DNA from: Desulfosalsimonadaceae bacterium
Lineage (GTDB): Bacteria > Desulfobacterota > Desulfobacteria > Desulfobacterales > Desulfosalsimonadaceae
NCBI GenBank assembly: GCA_049297455.1
Contig: JBAQUK010000148.1
Coordinates: forward strand, 7,668-39,667
Direction: 5' to 3'
DNA length: 32,000 nucleotides
The position numbers and the translations under genes were made by a program. The notes below the pieces were generated by a model. It saw nothing but the letters and a program-made list of their open reading frames with translations, did not search any database and was not told the DNA's origin. This document shows positions 1-8,174 of the stretch, piece by piece. Each line of letters starts with the position of its first letter. Position 1 is the first letter of the stretch.

Positions 1-141
1 GCTCTCCAGATCGCCGATCATGGCTATGTTTTTGAAACCGGCAGCGTCGTTCTTCAAGGTCCGGCCCAGGAACTTCTGGCGGACCAGGAAGTCAAACGCG
101 CTTATCTTGGCAAAGATTACGGAGAATTTTATGACGATTAA
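1..141 (+). CDS. livF: 3' end of branched-chain amino acid ABC transporter ATP-binding protein (LivF-like), partial
   Basis: Frame 1 reads ALQIADHGYVFETGSVVLQGPAQELLADQEVKRAYLGKDYGEFYDD, then TAA at 139-141. This matches the characteristic LivF/BraG C-terminus (A.RGYV.E.G.IV..G.A.EL.....V..AYLG). It runs off the left edge and has no start codon in the window, so it is absent from the ORF track. Confidence 0.7.
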   Translation, partial: ALQIADHGYVFETGSVVLQGPAQELLADQEVKRAYLGKDYGEFYDD

Positions 142-1384
142 AGATGAATTTCTGTCCATGACCATGGAAGAAAAAATTCAGCTTCAACTGGAAAGGCTTC
201 AAAGCACGTTAAACCGGGCCTATCGCAACGTGCCCTTTCATAAAAAACGATTTAAAGACATGGGTATTGACATATCCGAGGTCAACCGCCTGTCCGACCT
301 TGCCCGGCTGCCCTTTATGGAACGTCACCACATCAGCGACAATTATCCCTACGACCTGTTTGCGGTTCCCCTGCGGGACATCGTGAGAATTCATACCGCC
401 CCCGGAACCACCCAAAAACCCACGGTCAGCGGTTATACGCCCCAGGATCTGTCAATCTGGCAAACCATTCTGACAAGAGCCCTGCTGGCATCAAAAATAA
501 CGCCCCATGATATTCTCCAGATCACCTTAAATCCGGGCCTCGCGAACTGGGGACGGGATTATAAATCCGGCGCGGAAGCCATCGAAGCCAGCGTGATTCC
601 CCACACCCCCATGTCTGTTGAAAAAAAAGTGATGGTGCTGATGGATTACCGGACCTCCGTTCTCATCACCACGCCCGCTTCCGCACGGCAGCTGGCCGAT
701 TACGTTCGCAAAGAAGAAATAAACACCACGGCCATGGGATTAAAGACCTTGATTCTGGTGGGGGAAGCGGCTGATCCGGAAACGAGAGGACTACTGGAAG
801 AACGGCTGGGAGTAACAGTCTGGACCCATTACGGCTTGAGCGAAGTGCCCGGGCCCGCCATCGCCTTTGAGTGCGAGACCCATGAAGGCCTCCATGTCAA
901 TGAAGACCATTTTCTGCCGGAAATTGTGGACCCGGTTTCCGGCGAGGTATTGCCGGAAGACCGGTTTGGGGAACTGGTGCTCACCACGCTGACCACCCGG
1001 GCGTTTCCGCTGATCCGGTTTAAAACCGGGGACCGGGCCCGAATCATCCGGGAAACCTGTTCCTGCGGCCGCCAGCTCCGACGCATCGAATGGACCGGAG
1101 AACGCGTGGATGACCTGTTAAATATCGACGGGGTAAAAATTCACACCCGGCAAATGCAGGTTGCGATTGAATCCCTTCTGGGTTTTTCTTCGGATGCACC
1201 CGCCTTTCATGTACGAAAAACAGACGGGAGACAGTATATTGAAGTATTTATCCCGGTCAATGACACGATTTTCTCCGATGAGATCAAGGAGCTGGAAGCC
1301 TTAATTCACCGGGCGGAAACCAATCTTCTGGAGAATATCGGCATCCCCGTGGTGATCCGGTTAAAAGAAAACCGAATGGATTAA
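131..1384 (+). CDS. phenylacetate-CoA ligase (PaaK)-like adenylate-forming family protein, divergent
   Basis: ORF 20-1384. I prefer ATG 131 (MTIKDEF), which overlaps the livF-like stop by 11 nt. The protein is collinear with PaaK/F390-synthetase family landmarks (NYPYDLFAVP, RIHT..GTT.KPTVSGYT, YGLSEVPGP, GELVLTTL, PLIRFKTGD). The phosphate loop reads APGTTQKP rather than the canonical SSGTTGKP. Confidence 0.8.
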   Translation: MTIKDEFLSMTMEEKIQLQLERLQSTLNRAYRNVPFHKKRFKDMGIDISEVNRLSDLARLPFMERHHISDNYPYDLFAVPLRDIVRIHTAPGTTQKPTVSGYTPQDLSIWQTILTRALLASKITPHDILQITLNPGLANWGRDYKSGAEAIEASVIPHTPMSVEKKVMVLMDYRTSVLITTPASARQLADYVRKEEINTTAMGLKTLILVGEAADPETRGLLEERLGVTVWTHYGLSEVPGPAIAFECETHEGLHVNEDHFLPEIVDPVSGEVLPEDRFGELVLTTLTTRAFPLIRFKTGDRARIIRETCSCGRQLRRIEWTGERVDDLLNIDGVKIHTRQMQVAIESLLGFSSDAPAFHVRKTDGRQYIEVFIPVNDTIFSDEIKELEALIHRAETNLLENIGIPVVIRLKENRMD

Positions 1385-1388
1385 AAGA

Positions 1389-1832
1389 TTATTTGTCAAC
1401 CGTTTCAAAAGATTCAACCACCACACCGAGCTGATCCGGTTTATTCGGGGGCGGCTCACCCGGCCGGCTTGCAAAGTCTGCGACACTCTTAAACTGGAAT
1501 TCCGCTTCCTTGCCCGCAGGCAGGTAACTGATGGTGTCCTTTTGGTACGGCCATTTTTCAGTCCCCGAGATCGTCCATATCCCGATAGCCCATATTTCAC
1601 TGCAAGACCGGCATTCTCCGGTCACAACGACATTTTTTACATCCACTTCACCGACATTTTTTATCTTGCCTTTCGCGTCAATGATATATGAATTTTCTTT
1701 ATCCTGCCTCAAGACAAATTCCTGGGCGGAAACAACCACCTTCCCCTCCTGCTTTTTCTTTTCGCAGGAAACCATACACACGCTCAGGCAAAGCACCACA
1801 CAGAATACCGTAAATCGCCGACAATCTCTCAT
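1389..1832 (-). CDS. small lipoprotein, CxxC beta-sandwich-like family, paralog 1 of 3
   Basis: ORF 1389-1856, trimmed to ATG 1832 (MRDCRRFTVFCVVLCLSVCMVSC-EKKK), with AGGAG upstream. It has a signal peptide plus lipobox Cys, then the EKKKQEGKV, GKIKNVG..DVKNVVVTGECRSCSE, PYQKDT and ESFETV blocks shared with the next two genes. Confidence 0.7.
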   Translation of the reverse strand: MRDCRRFTVFCVVLCLSVCMVSCEKKKQEGKVVVSAQEFVLRQDKENSYIIDAKGKIKNVGEVDVKNVVVTGECRSCSEIWAIGIWTISGTEKWPYQKDTISYLPAGKEAEFQFKSVADFASRPGEPPPNKPDQLGVVVESFETVDK

Positions 1833-1944
1833 TATGGCCAACTCCTTTAGATGCACAAAAAGGACATTTACGAAAAGGGTTACACAAAATCCGACAGCAA
1901 TAAAAAATCATTTGATGCGAATCAGGCAAAGGCTGACCCCGTCG

Positions 1945-2388
1945 CTATTTTCCAACTACCTCAAAAGATTCCACGACAACTTCAATCTTTTCCGGCAACT
2001 TTTCAGGCGCTATATGAGTCTGATCAAAATAGAATGCAACATCCCTGAAGCTGAACTTTTCCTCAGCCCCCACCTGCAGAAAATTAATGGTGTCCTTTTG
2101 TTCGGGAAGTTTTTCGACATCCGAGATATGCCAGACGCCCCCCACCAGAATCTCTCCGCAGGATCTGCAATATGCGGTCACAACCACGTTCTTCAGGTCT
2201 GTCTCGCCGGTATTGCGAATTTTTCCGGCAGCATCGATTGTCCAGTTAAAATCCCCGTCTTTTCGAATCGTGAATTGTTTATCGGTGACCTCAACCTTTC
2301 CTTCTTTTTTCTTTTCACAGCCGGACAGACAAAGGCATACGATCACTGCGGCCGCCAAAATCGACTTCAGAGGAATAAACGATTTCAT
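1945..2388 (-). CDS. small lipoprotein, CxxC beta-sandwich-like family, paralog 2 of 3
   Basis: ORF 1945-2532, trimmed to ATG 2388 (MKSFIPLKSILAAAVIVCLCLSGC-EKKK), with GGGAGGA upstream. Lipobox is LSGC. Shared blocks: GKIRNTG..DLKNVVVTAYCRSCGE, PEQKDT, ESFEVV. Confidence 0.7.
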   Translation of the reverse strand: MKSFIPLKSILAAAVIVCLCLSGCEKKKEGKVEVTDKQFTIRKDGDFNWTIDAAGKIRNTGETDLKNVVVTAYCRSCGEILVGGVWHISDVEKLPEQKDTINFLQVGAEEKFSFRDVAFYFDQTHIAPEKLPEKIEVVVESFEVVGK

Positions 2389-2440
2389 GGCAATCCTCCC
2401 TGAAAAAAAATTCATTATTTTCGGTTCCACCCCTAATATA

Positions 2441-2881
2441 TTATTCAACGGTTTCAAATGATTCAATATAAGCCTCAAGCCCTTCAGGATATCCTTGAGG
2501 TGGTTCGCCCGACTTGGTGTAATAAAATGCAATGTCTTTAAATTGGAATTCCGCTACAGCGCCTGCCGCCAGATAATTGACGGTATCTTTTTGATCCGGG
2601 GTCTTCACCGTCTGAGTAACAAACCATTGACCGCTGATCATCACTTCGTCACAGGTGTTGCAGCGCCCGGTAACCACAATGTTCTTCACATCCACCGGGC
2701 CGACATTTTTGATTTTCCCTTTAACATTTAAAGATAATGTATACTTTCCATCTTTTTCTATCTCAAATTCTTTCTCTGAAACAATCACCTTGCCTTCCTT
2801 TTTTTCTTCGCAGGCAAACAGACAAATACACCCGGTCAATACAAGCGCCAGCATCAAGGTCAGACGGATATACGATTTCAT
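2441..2881 (-). CDS. small lipoprotein, CxxC beta-sandwich-like family, paralog 3 of 3
   Basis: Full ORF starting MKSYIRLTLMLALVLTGCICLFAC-EEKK, with GGAGG upstream. It has a lipobox and the shared blocks GKIKNVG..DVKNIVVTGRCNTCDE, PDQKDT and ESFETVE. Confidence 0.7.
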   Translation of the reverse strand: MKSYIRLTLMLALVLTGCICLFACEEKKEGKVIVSEKEFEIEKDGKYTLSLNVKGKIKNVGPVDVKNIVVTGRCNTCDEVMISGQWFVTQTVKTPDQKDTVNYLAAGAVAEFQFKDIAFYYTKSGEPPQGYPEGLEAYIESFETVE

Positions 2882-2920
2882 TGCACCTCCACCTTAATCG
2901 GAAATTAAAATCGTTACACT

Positions 2921-2995
2921 CTATTTTTCTGCCGTTTCAAAGGATTCAACAAAAAATTCAAACACCGGCTTAAGAAATCGTTTTGCTCCAACCAA
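2921..2995 (-). pseudogene. relic of a fourth copy of the tandem lipoprotein gene (C-terminal about 24 codons only)
   Basis: The minus strand reads LVGAKRFLKPVFEFFVESFETAEK then TAG (2921-2923), bounded upstream by an in-frame TAA at 2996-2998. The VESFET tail and the DNA string ccgtttcaaa.gattcaa match the 3' ends of all three intact paralogs. Confidence 0.45.
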
Positions 2996-3272
2996 TTATA
3001 TTCATAATAAAATCATCAAATACCGGATTTCAATCAGTGTCAATAATATTTTATCTTCAATGCCATTTATCCTTTCTTATCCCTGTTGAAAGGCGGTGGA
3101 TGATAGGTTGAACCGTTCCCTGCTTCCGGCAGCAGGCGCTGAGTCAGCATGTACTGTCTGATCCATCCTTTTTCCCTTGCGAAACGTTTCTTCATAGTAT
3201 AAATTATACATAATTCATATAATCTGTACCAAAACCTCGATGGCTCCATACGCATTCCGAAAGGGGAAGACA

Positions 3273-3833
3273 ATGAAAAAAGTTGTCGCTGGCATTGCAT
3301 TTCTGGTGGGTTTTTTGATGGGTGTTTCACCCGGATTCTGTGAAACCAATATCGTACATAACGGGGGATTCGAGACGAAAAAAACGGACAGTCTCCCGGA
3401 TGGATGGACTACCAAAACATACCGGGGAACTTCCGCCGAATTTTCCTTTAATGACACTGAAAAGCATGGCGGCGCCCATTCGTACATGATTAAACTCACT
3501 CCTCCCGGCGGCAGCGTATTGTTTTACCCGGAAAAAAAAATGACCACCATCACTCCGGGAAAAAAATACCAGTTGAGCGTTTGGTTAAAAGCCAAAGGCA
3601 TGGGATACAGCCCCAATTTTATTGCCCCTGCCATACGGCTCAATTATAAACCCAAAAGGCTTTCTCCGGTGCCGACCATTGACCTGATGCTGGAAATGAA
3701 GGGCCAGGACGGATGGAAAAATCTGAAGCTGACAACGGTCGCCCCGCCGGACGCCCAGGAAATCACCCTGGATTTTCTGATGACCAACGGAAGCGTCTGG
3801 ATTGACGACGTGGAGATTACGGAAATCAATTAA
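3273..3833 (+). CDS. secreted carbohydrate-binding-module-like (CBM4/9-type jelly-roll) protein
   Basis: ORF 3240-3833, trimmed to ATG 3273 (MKKVVAGIAFLVGFLMGVSPGFC), with a purine-rich site upstream. A signal peptide is followed by NIVHNGGFE....LPDGW, and the protein ends VWIDDVEITEI. This is the typical CBM_4_9 / galactose-binding-like pattern. Confidence 0.65.
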   Translation: MKKVVAGIAFLVGFLMGVSPGFCETNIVHNGGFETKKTDSLPDGWTTKTYRGTSAEFSFNDTEKHGGAHSYMIKLTPPGGSVLFYPEKKMTTITPGKKYQLSVWLKAKGMGYSPNFIAPAIRLNYKPKRLSPVPTIDLMLEMKGQDGWKNLKLTTVAPPDAQEITLDFLMTNGSVWIDDVEITEIN

Positions 3834-3911
3834 TTCAACATATTCCAATTTAGAAAAAAGGAACTGACAGCATCCCTGATTAAATTGACAACACCCATAA
3901 GGAGGCAGACA

Positions 3912-4160
3912 ATGATCGACAAAAAGCAGATTTGCAAAAAGATCAAAGAGATATATCCTGATATCGGCGAGTGCGGCATTGATGTCAACGTGGAGTATGA
4001 TGAATCTCAAAAAAGATGGGTCGTTGATCTGAAGAAAGACAATCATGAGCTGAAAACCTTCCTGGACCCCGGTGATGCGGAACTCTGCCTTGACGGCAAG
4101 CAGTGTGTCGGTTTAGGAATAGAGATCGCGCAGTTACGCAGCAATATTGAAAGAATGTAA
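3912..4160 (+). CDS. small hypothetical protein (82 aa, four Cys)
   Basis: ORF 3885-4160, trimmed to ATG 3912 with a strong AAGGAGG 7 nt upstream. No family recognised. Confidence 0.55.
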   Translation: MIDKKQICKKIKEIYPDIGECGIDVNVEYDESQKRWVVDLKKDNHELKTFLDPGDAELCLDGKQCVGLGIEIAQLRSNIERM

Positions 4161-4175
4161 TTCAGGATTAAAGGA

Positions 4176-5000
4176 TTAACGCAGGAGCTTTTCCCGTAAA
4201 AGCGCCTGCGTTTCTTTGTTTACCCCCGCCTTTTCTGAAAGATAACCGGATGCGGATCCGTAGGTATCCCGGATATGACTTAAAACCGTCACAATCCCTT
4301 CCCGGGGGGCTGTGAAATAAGGGACCAGCAGGTCCGGATCAATGCCGTAGGATGCGATCAGCCGATAAATATCCGGCAGCATATGGGCAATATACCCATT
4401 GGACAACTGATGATCGTTTATCACCGCTTCCTCATCAACACCCAGCATGAGCAGAATCAGGGCGGCGCACGTTCCGGTTCTGTCCTTGCCGCCGGTGCAA
4501 TGGAACAGCACCGCATGATGATCTGAAGAGTCCGCCAGATAGTTGATCACCTGTCCCCAGACTTCGGGATATTCCTCCAGATTCCGGATGTACCCGTCGA
4601 CCATAAAATCCGGCGTCAGCCAAGAGACATCCCCCTGTTGCAATCGCTTCATGGCGACGGTGAAATCAATGGCCCCGTGTCTCACCGGAAGGTTCACATA
4701 TTCGATGGCATCATCTTCCGGCAAATGATCCGGCGAGGCGCTGACTTCGGCCGGGGTACGAAAATCAAACACCCTGCGAAGCCCGATGCGATGCAGCGTC
4801 TCATGGTCTTTTTTCGTCAGCCGGGCGAGGCCATCGGACCGGTATACCCTGCCCCGCTTGACCTGACGGCCATCTGCCGTGTGATATCCACCGATATCCC
4901 GAAAATTGACGGCGCCTTCCATGGGCACCCGCCGTCCGGATGTCAGCATCCGGGCATTGTTTTCATCGACTGGCACATCGTTTGTATCGTTTGTCTTCAT
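4176..5000 (-). CDS. protein-tyrosine phosphatase (Y_phosphatase3 / PF13350-type)
   Basis: Active-site CX5R loop FHCTGGKDRTG, preceded by the NFRDIGG motif typical of this family. Full 274-aa ORF. Confidence 0.8.
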   Translation of the reverse strand: MKTNDTNDVPVDENNARMLTSGRRVPMEGAVNFRDIGGYHTADGRQVKRGRVYRSDGLARLTKKDHETLHRIGLRRVFDFRTPAEVSASPDHLPEDDAIEYVNLPVRHGAIDFTVAMKRLQQGDVSWLTPDFMVDGYIRNLEEYPEVWGQVINYLADSSDHHAVLFHCTGGKDRTGTCAALILLMLGVDEEAVINDHQLSNGYIAHMLPDIYRLIASYGIDPDLLVPYFTAPREGIVTVLSHIRDTYGSASGYLSEKAGVNKETQALLREKLLR

Positions 5001-5059
5001 ACACCCTGCATATTCCGTTTATATAAATTTATATTTAAAATTAGGCTATTACATAAAAA

Positions 5060-7600
5060 TCACAATTGCGGTTTTAAGATATACTCCCGTCTGTATTGCG
5101 CTTTAATATTTCCGTCCTTAAACGGCATGGACCGGGTTTCGCCGTCTAGCCACACCGGAATGGCGTCATCATAATGGCCGCTTGCCGGATTGCCGGATTG
5201 TCCGCCGCTGTTGGTCAGGAACATGGGTTCATCCAGGCCGAAATCCACGATCATTCTCATGGCCGGCACCAGCCATACCTTAAAATTTTCGCCTTTGAAA
5301 TTTCCGGCCACATTTAAGGTATTATAGCTGCCGCCGGCGGCATACGGCCCCCGGTCCGTATAATTGCCAATCACCTTTACCCCGAACCGCTGCATGACCG
5401 GCAGGAATTCCTTCATTTGCGTGGTCTGGGTCCGCCAGCCGTAAGTCAGCAGCCAGCCCCATTGCCACTGGTCGCGGCTCCGACCCAGGTGGATTTCGGC
5501 ATAATCGATGGTATCCGCCAGCGATTCGGCCACCATATCCGCCTTTGTTTCTGTTTCCGGGGTGTTGACGTCATCCCAGAACGGGCTGTCCGCCCGGCCC
5601 AGCAGATGGTCCTGATCCGGGGAATAATCCGTCTGGATCGACGTGATAAAGCTTTGCCATGCCGGACTGTCTTTAGGCCCCAGTTCGTCTGAAAAGACCC
5701 GATTGATAAAAACTTGGTAAAAAATTCCCATAGCTGCGGCCCCCTTTGATTCCGGCAGCATATTACCGTCAAAGGATTTCAGGATTTCCATGGCCTCACC
5801 TGCTTTTTTGATCTTTTTTTCATCTGTCCATGACCGGATTCGCTTTTGAATCTCACCCAAAAACGCGGGTTCAAACAGGACGGCCTGAAATTTTTTCACC
5901 ATCGCATCCGTTCGGTCCCGGTGCATATCTGCGGAATCCCGCCAGGTGTGCCGGTTATTTTTTCTAAGCATTTCCGCAGCGCGTTCGGATCTCTCCGGCG
6001 CATACCAGGAAGAAGACAGGACCAGGTCTTGTTCCGGGGGGATGGTCCGGTTATTGGCCGTATACAGATAACCGGCCGGGGGATCTGCGATATACGGATG
6101 ATCATCCACGTCCGCATATCCCGTCCAGTCATATTCCCCGGTCCATCCCGGAGACGGCAGATGCCCTCTTCCGGACTGGCGGATGGGGTATCGGCCGCTC
6201 ACCTGCCAGGCAATATGGTCCGCATTCCCGTATATAAAATTCAAGGACATGGACCGCATTTCCCGGATCGCATCGTGTGCGGTTTTCATATCCTTTGCCC
6301 GCATCAACCCATAAGCGCCCTTAAAGGACTGACCGGAATGGGACACCACGGATTGCACCGCAAGTCCATAAGCGGGTTCCGTGATAATGGCCGGGGGCTG
6401 CATAATATTTTTCGGCGGATTCTTAAGCGCAGGATTCAACAGCGGCCCATGCCTTGTGAACTCCATGGTCCGGATCAGATCGTCATCGCCCTTGATTTTA
6501 AATGTCTCCTGCCGTTTCACGACCGGAAGCCATTCCCCTTTGTATAAATAATGGGTGGTTCCGGCAATCGTTTTCAACTGTTCAATGAATACATCCTGAT
6601 TATCTCCCATCACCATGGTTTCCCCCCAGGCGATATGACCGTTGTAACCGGCGACAATTCCCGGAACTCCGGCAATGGCCACGCCTGCGACATCCAGATC
6701 CGGGCATTTCAGGTGCATCAGCATCCACAGGGACGGCTGTTCCAGCGGAAGGTGGGTGTCATTGGCGATAATGCTCGCCTGTTTCAGGGTATTTTGCGGG
6801 GCGATACCCCAGTTATTCGATGCTGCCGTTCCCGGCGGCATTATGACGCATTTCAGTTGCCGGTAAACCTGGGCAAGATTTTCTGAAGAAGGAACCATCC
6901 CCTTGAAATCAATTTTTTCAAGGACAGCGGCCTTTTCAAACGGCAATGGCTCATCCGGATACACGGGCATCAGCCAAGCGGCTTTGGACGGCCCGAGAGC
7001 GGCCGCAATATTTAAAAAAGCGATTTCCTCATGGAGGTTAAAAGACAGTCCCAGATTAAACACATGGGCAATGTACATGGAATTGACCGGTTCCCAGGGT
7101 TCCGGAGTATATCCTGAAATTCTGAAATCCAGGGGAAGCCGGTCGCGGTGGGTCGTGATATAGGCGTTGACACCATCGGAAAACGCACTCAGGGCATCCT
7201 TAATTTCCGGGTTCATACCGGCATATTCGGCTCTTGCGGCTTCCGCGACGCCCATGGTGCGAACATAGATGTCCATATCTATGGCGATTTTCCCAGCCAT
7301 TTCAGACAGTCTCCCCTGTCCGAGCAAAGAAAAAGTCACCATCTGGGCCAGGCGGTCGGAGGCCATCACGTAGCCTGCGGTGAATACCAGATCATGAAAA
7401 TTCTTAGCCTCAATCACCGGGATACCCAGGTCATCCCGACGGATGACCAGCGTGTCTTCTATTCCGGCCAGCGATACCGAACCCACATCCGGATCAACGG
7501 TTTTTCGTAAAGTAAGATCAAATATTTTCCCGCATCCGGAAAGGGCCAGACATAACATGATCAGGCAGCATAATGGAAACATTCGATGGTGTGCATTCAT
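5060..7600 (-). CDS. penicillin acylase family Ntn-hydrolase (possible acyl-homoserine-lactone/penicillin amidase), lipoprotein
   Basis: ORF 5060-7681, trimmed to ATG 7600 (MNAHHRMFPLCCLIMLCLALSGC, lipobox LSGC), with AGGAG 8 nt upstream. The size (846 aa) and the internal autoprocessing nucleophile context GTAA-SNNWGI fit the penicillin amidase / PvdQ-QuiP family. Confidence 0.85.
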   Translation of the reverse strand: MNAHHRMFPLCCLIMLCLALSGCGKIFDLTLRKTVDPDVGSVSLAGIEDTLVIRRDDLGIPVIEAKNFHDLVFTAGYVMASDRLAQMVTFSLLGQGRLSEMAGKIAIDMDIYVRTMGVAEAARAEYAGMNPEIKDALSAFSDGVNAYITTHRDRLPLDFRISGYTPEPWEPVNSMYIAHVFNLGLSFNLHEEIAFLNIAAALGPSKAAWLMPVYPDEPLPFEKAAVLEKIDFKGMVPSSENLAQVYRQLKCVIMPPGTAASNNWGIAPQNTLKQASIIANDTHLPLEQPSLWMLMHLKCPDLDVAGVAIAGVPGIVAGYNGHIAWGETMVMGDNQDVFIEQLKTIAGTTHYLYKGEWLPVVKRQETFKIKGDDDLIRTMEFTRHGPLLNPALKNPPKNIMQPPAIITEPAYGLAVQSVVSHSGQSFKGAYGLMRAKDMKTAHDAIREMRSMSLNFIYGNADHIAWQVSGRYPIRQSGRGHLPSPGWTGEYDWTGYADVDDHPYIADPPAGYLYTANNRTIPPEQDLVLSSSWYAPERSERAAEMLRKNNRHTWRDSADMHRDRTDAMVKKFQAVLFEPAFLGEIQKRIRSWTDEKKIKKAGEAMEILKSFDGNMLPESKGAAAMGIFYQVFINRVFSDELGPKDSPAWQSFITSIQTDYSPDQDHLLGRADSPFWDDVNTPETETKADMVAESLADTIDYAEIHLGRSRDQWQWGWLLTYGWRTQTTQMKEFLPVMQRFGVKVIGNYTDRGPYAAGGSYNTLNVAGNFKGENFKVWLVPAMRMIVDFGLDEPMFLTNSGGQSGNPASGHYDDAIPVWLDGETRSMPFKDGNIKAQYRREYILKPQL

Positions 7601-7789
7601 GGCCGGACTCCTGCAAGAGCCTGCTTGAAAACCCCGTCTGAGGCCCGCTAACTGCGTTGTCAAACGGCTCAAAATGCTCACATAAACAACTATGCTGCGC
7701 TTTTTCGCCGTTTTCCGCCTTGTTATCAGGCCTGATCCGGACTTTTCAAACAGGCTCTTAGTTTCAGATTGTATGGGGTATGTATACCA

Positions 7790-8134
7790 TTATATAAAAT
7801 CCACCTGATGAACGGATTCTTTTTTAAAAATAACGGCCTTGATTTGCTCCCGCAGACGGTCACCGGCCACAGGCGACACTTGGGACACCGGTCGGCCGTT
7901 TGCGTCGGTTGTATATTTCCATTGCCGGACAAACCCCGGAACAAGTGCATAGGCGCTTCCCCCGGTCCCGCAGCAGGTGGTGTCAAATATGGCCGCGCCG
8001 ATCAGATATAACAGCTCCTCACCGTCAAAAGGCAGGCGGATCTCCTTGAGCAATACATAACTGCCGCCGATAGCGGTCACCCGTTCGTTTAATTCGGGAT
8101 GTGAAAAATCCTGGATGTTGGTCACCATCTCCAC
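7790..8134 (-). CDS. hypothetical small protein with TTCCGTGG motif
   Basis: GTG 8134 or ATG 8128, with GAGGGGTGGAG upstream. 112-114 aa. No family recognised. Confidence 0.55.
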   Translation of the reverse strand: MEMVTNIQDFSHPELNERVTAIGGSYVLLKEIRLPFDGEELLYLIGAAIFDTTCCGTGGSAYALVPGFVRQWKYTTDANGRPVSQVSPVAGDRLREQIKAVIFKKESVHQVDFI

Positions 8135-8174
8135 CCCTCAGGATAAAACCAAAATTTAATTTAACAGATTTAAT

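Noticed and set aside
1531-2403. 290-aa plus-strand ORF spanning two lipoprotein genes and their intergenic region
   Set aside because: It is antisense to two genes with SD sites, lipoboxes and mutual paralogy. Its translation is low-complexity (Phe/Ser/Thr-rich) and has no recognisable features.
3067-3499. Two overlapping minus-strand ORFs (87 and 94 aa) in the region between the lipoprotein array and the CBM-like gene
   Set aside because: No SD, odd composition, and overlap with the start of the better-supported plus-strand gene. The region is more likely a divergent promoter region. I also looked for a riboswitch-like structure there (a short stem CCTGCT/AGCAGG near 3117-3134) and could not match any known class.
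5846-6547. 233-aa plus-strand ORF inside the acylase gene. Similar shadow ORFs occur at 11470-12219, 14433-15095, 21379-22170, 22646-23326, 23167-23808 and 25056-25706.
   Set aside because: All overlap confidently identified genes on the other strand or in another frame. All have Arg/Gly/Pro/His-rich, non-native-looking translations and lack ribosome-binding sites.
7725-7736. 12-bp palindrome ATCAGGCCTGAT between the small CCG-motif gene and the acylase
   Set aside because: It is short, has no loop (so it is not a hairpin terminator), has no partner site and is not positioned relative to any recognisable promoter.
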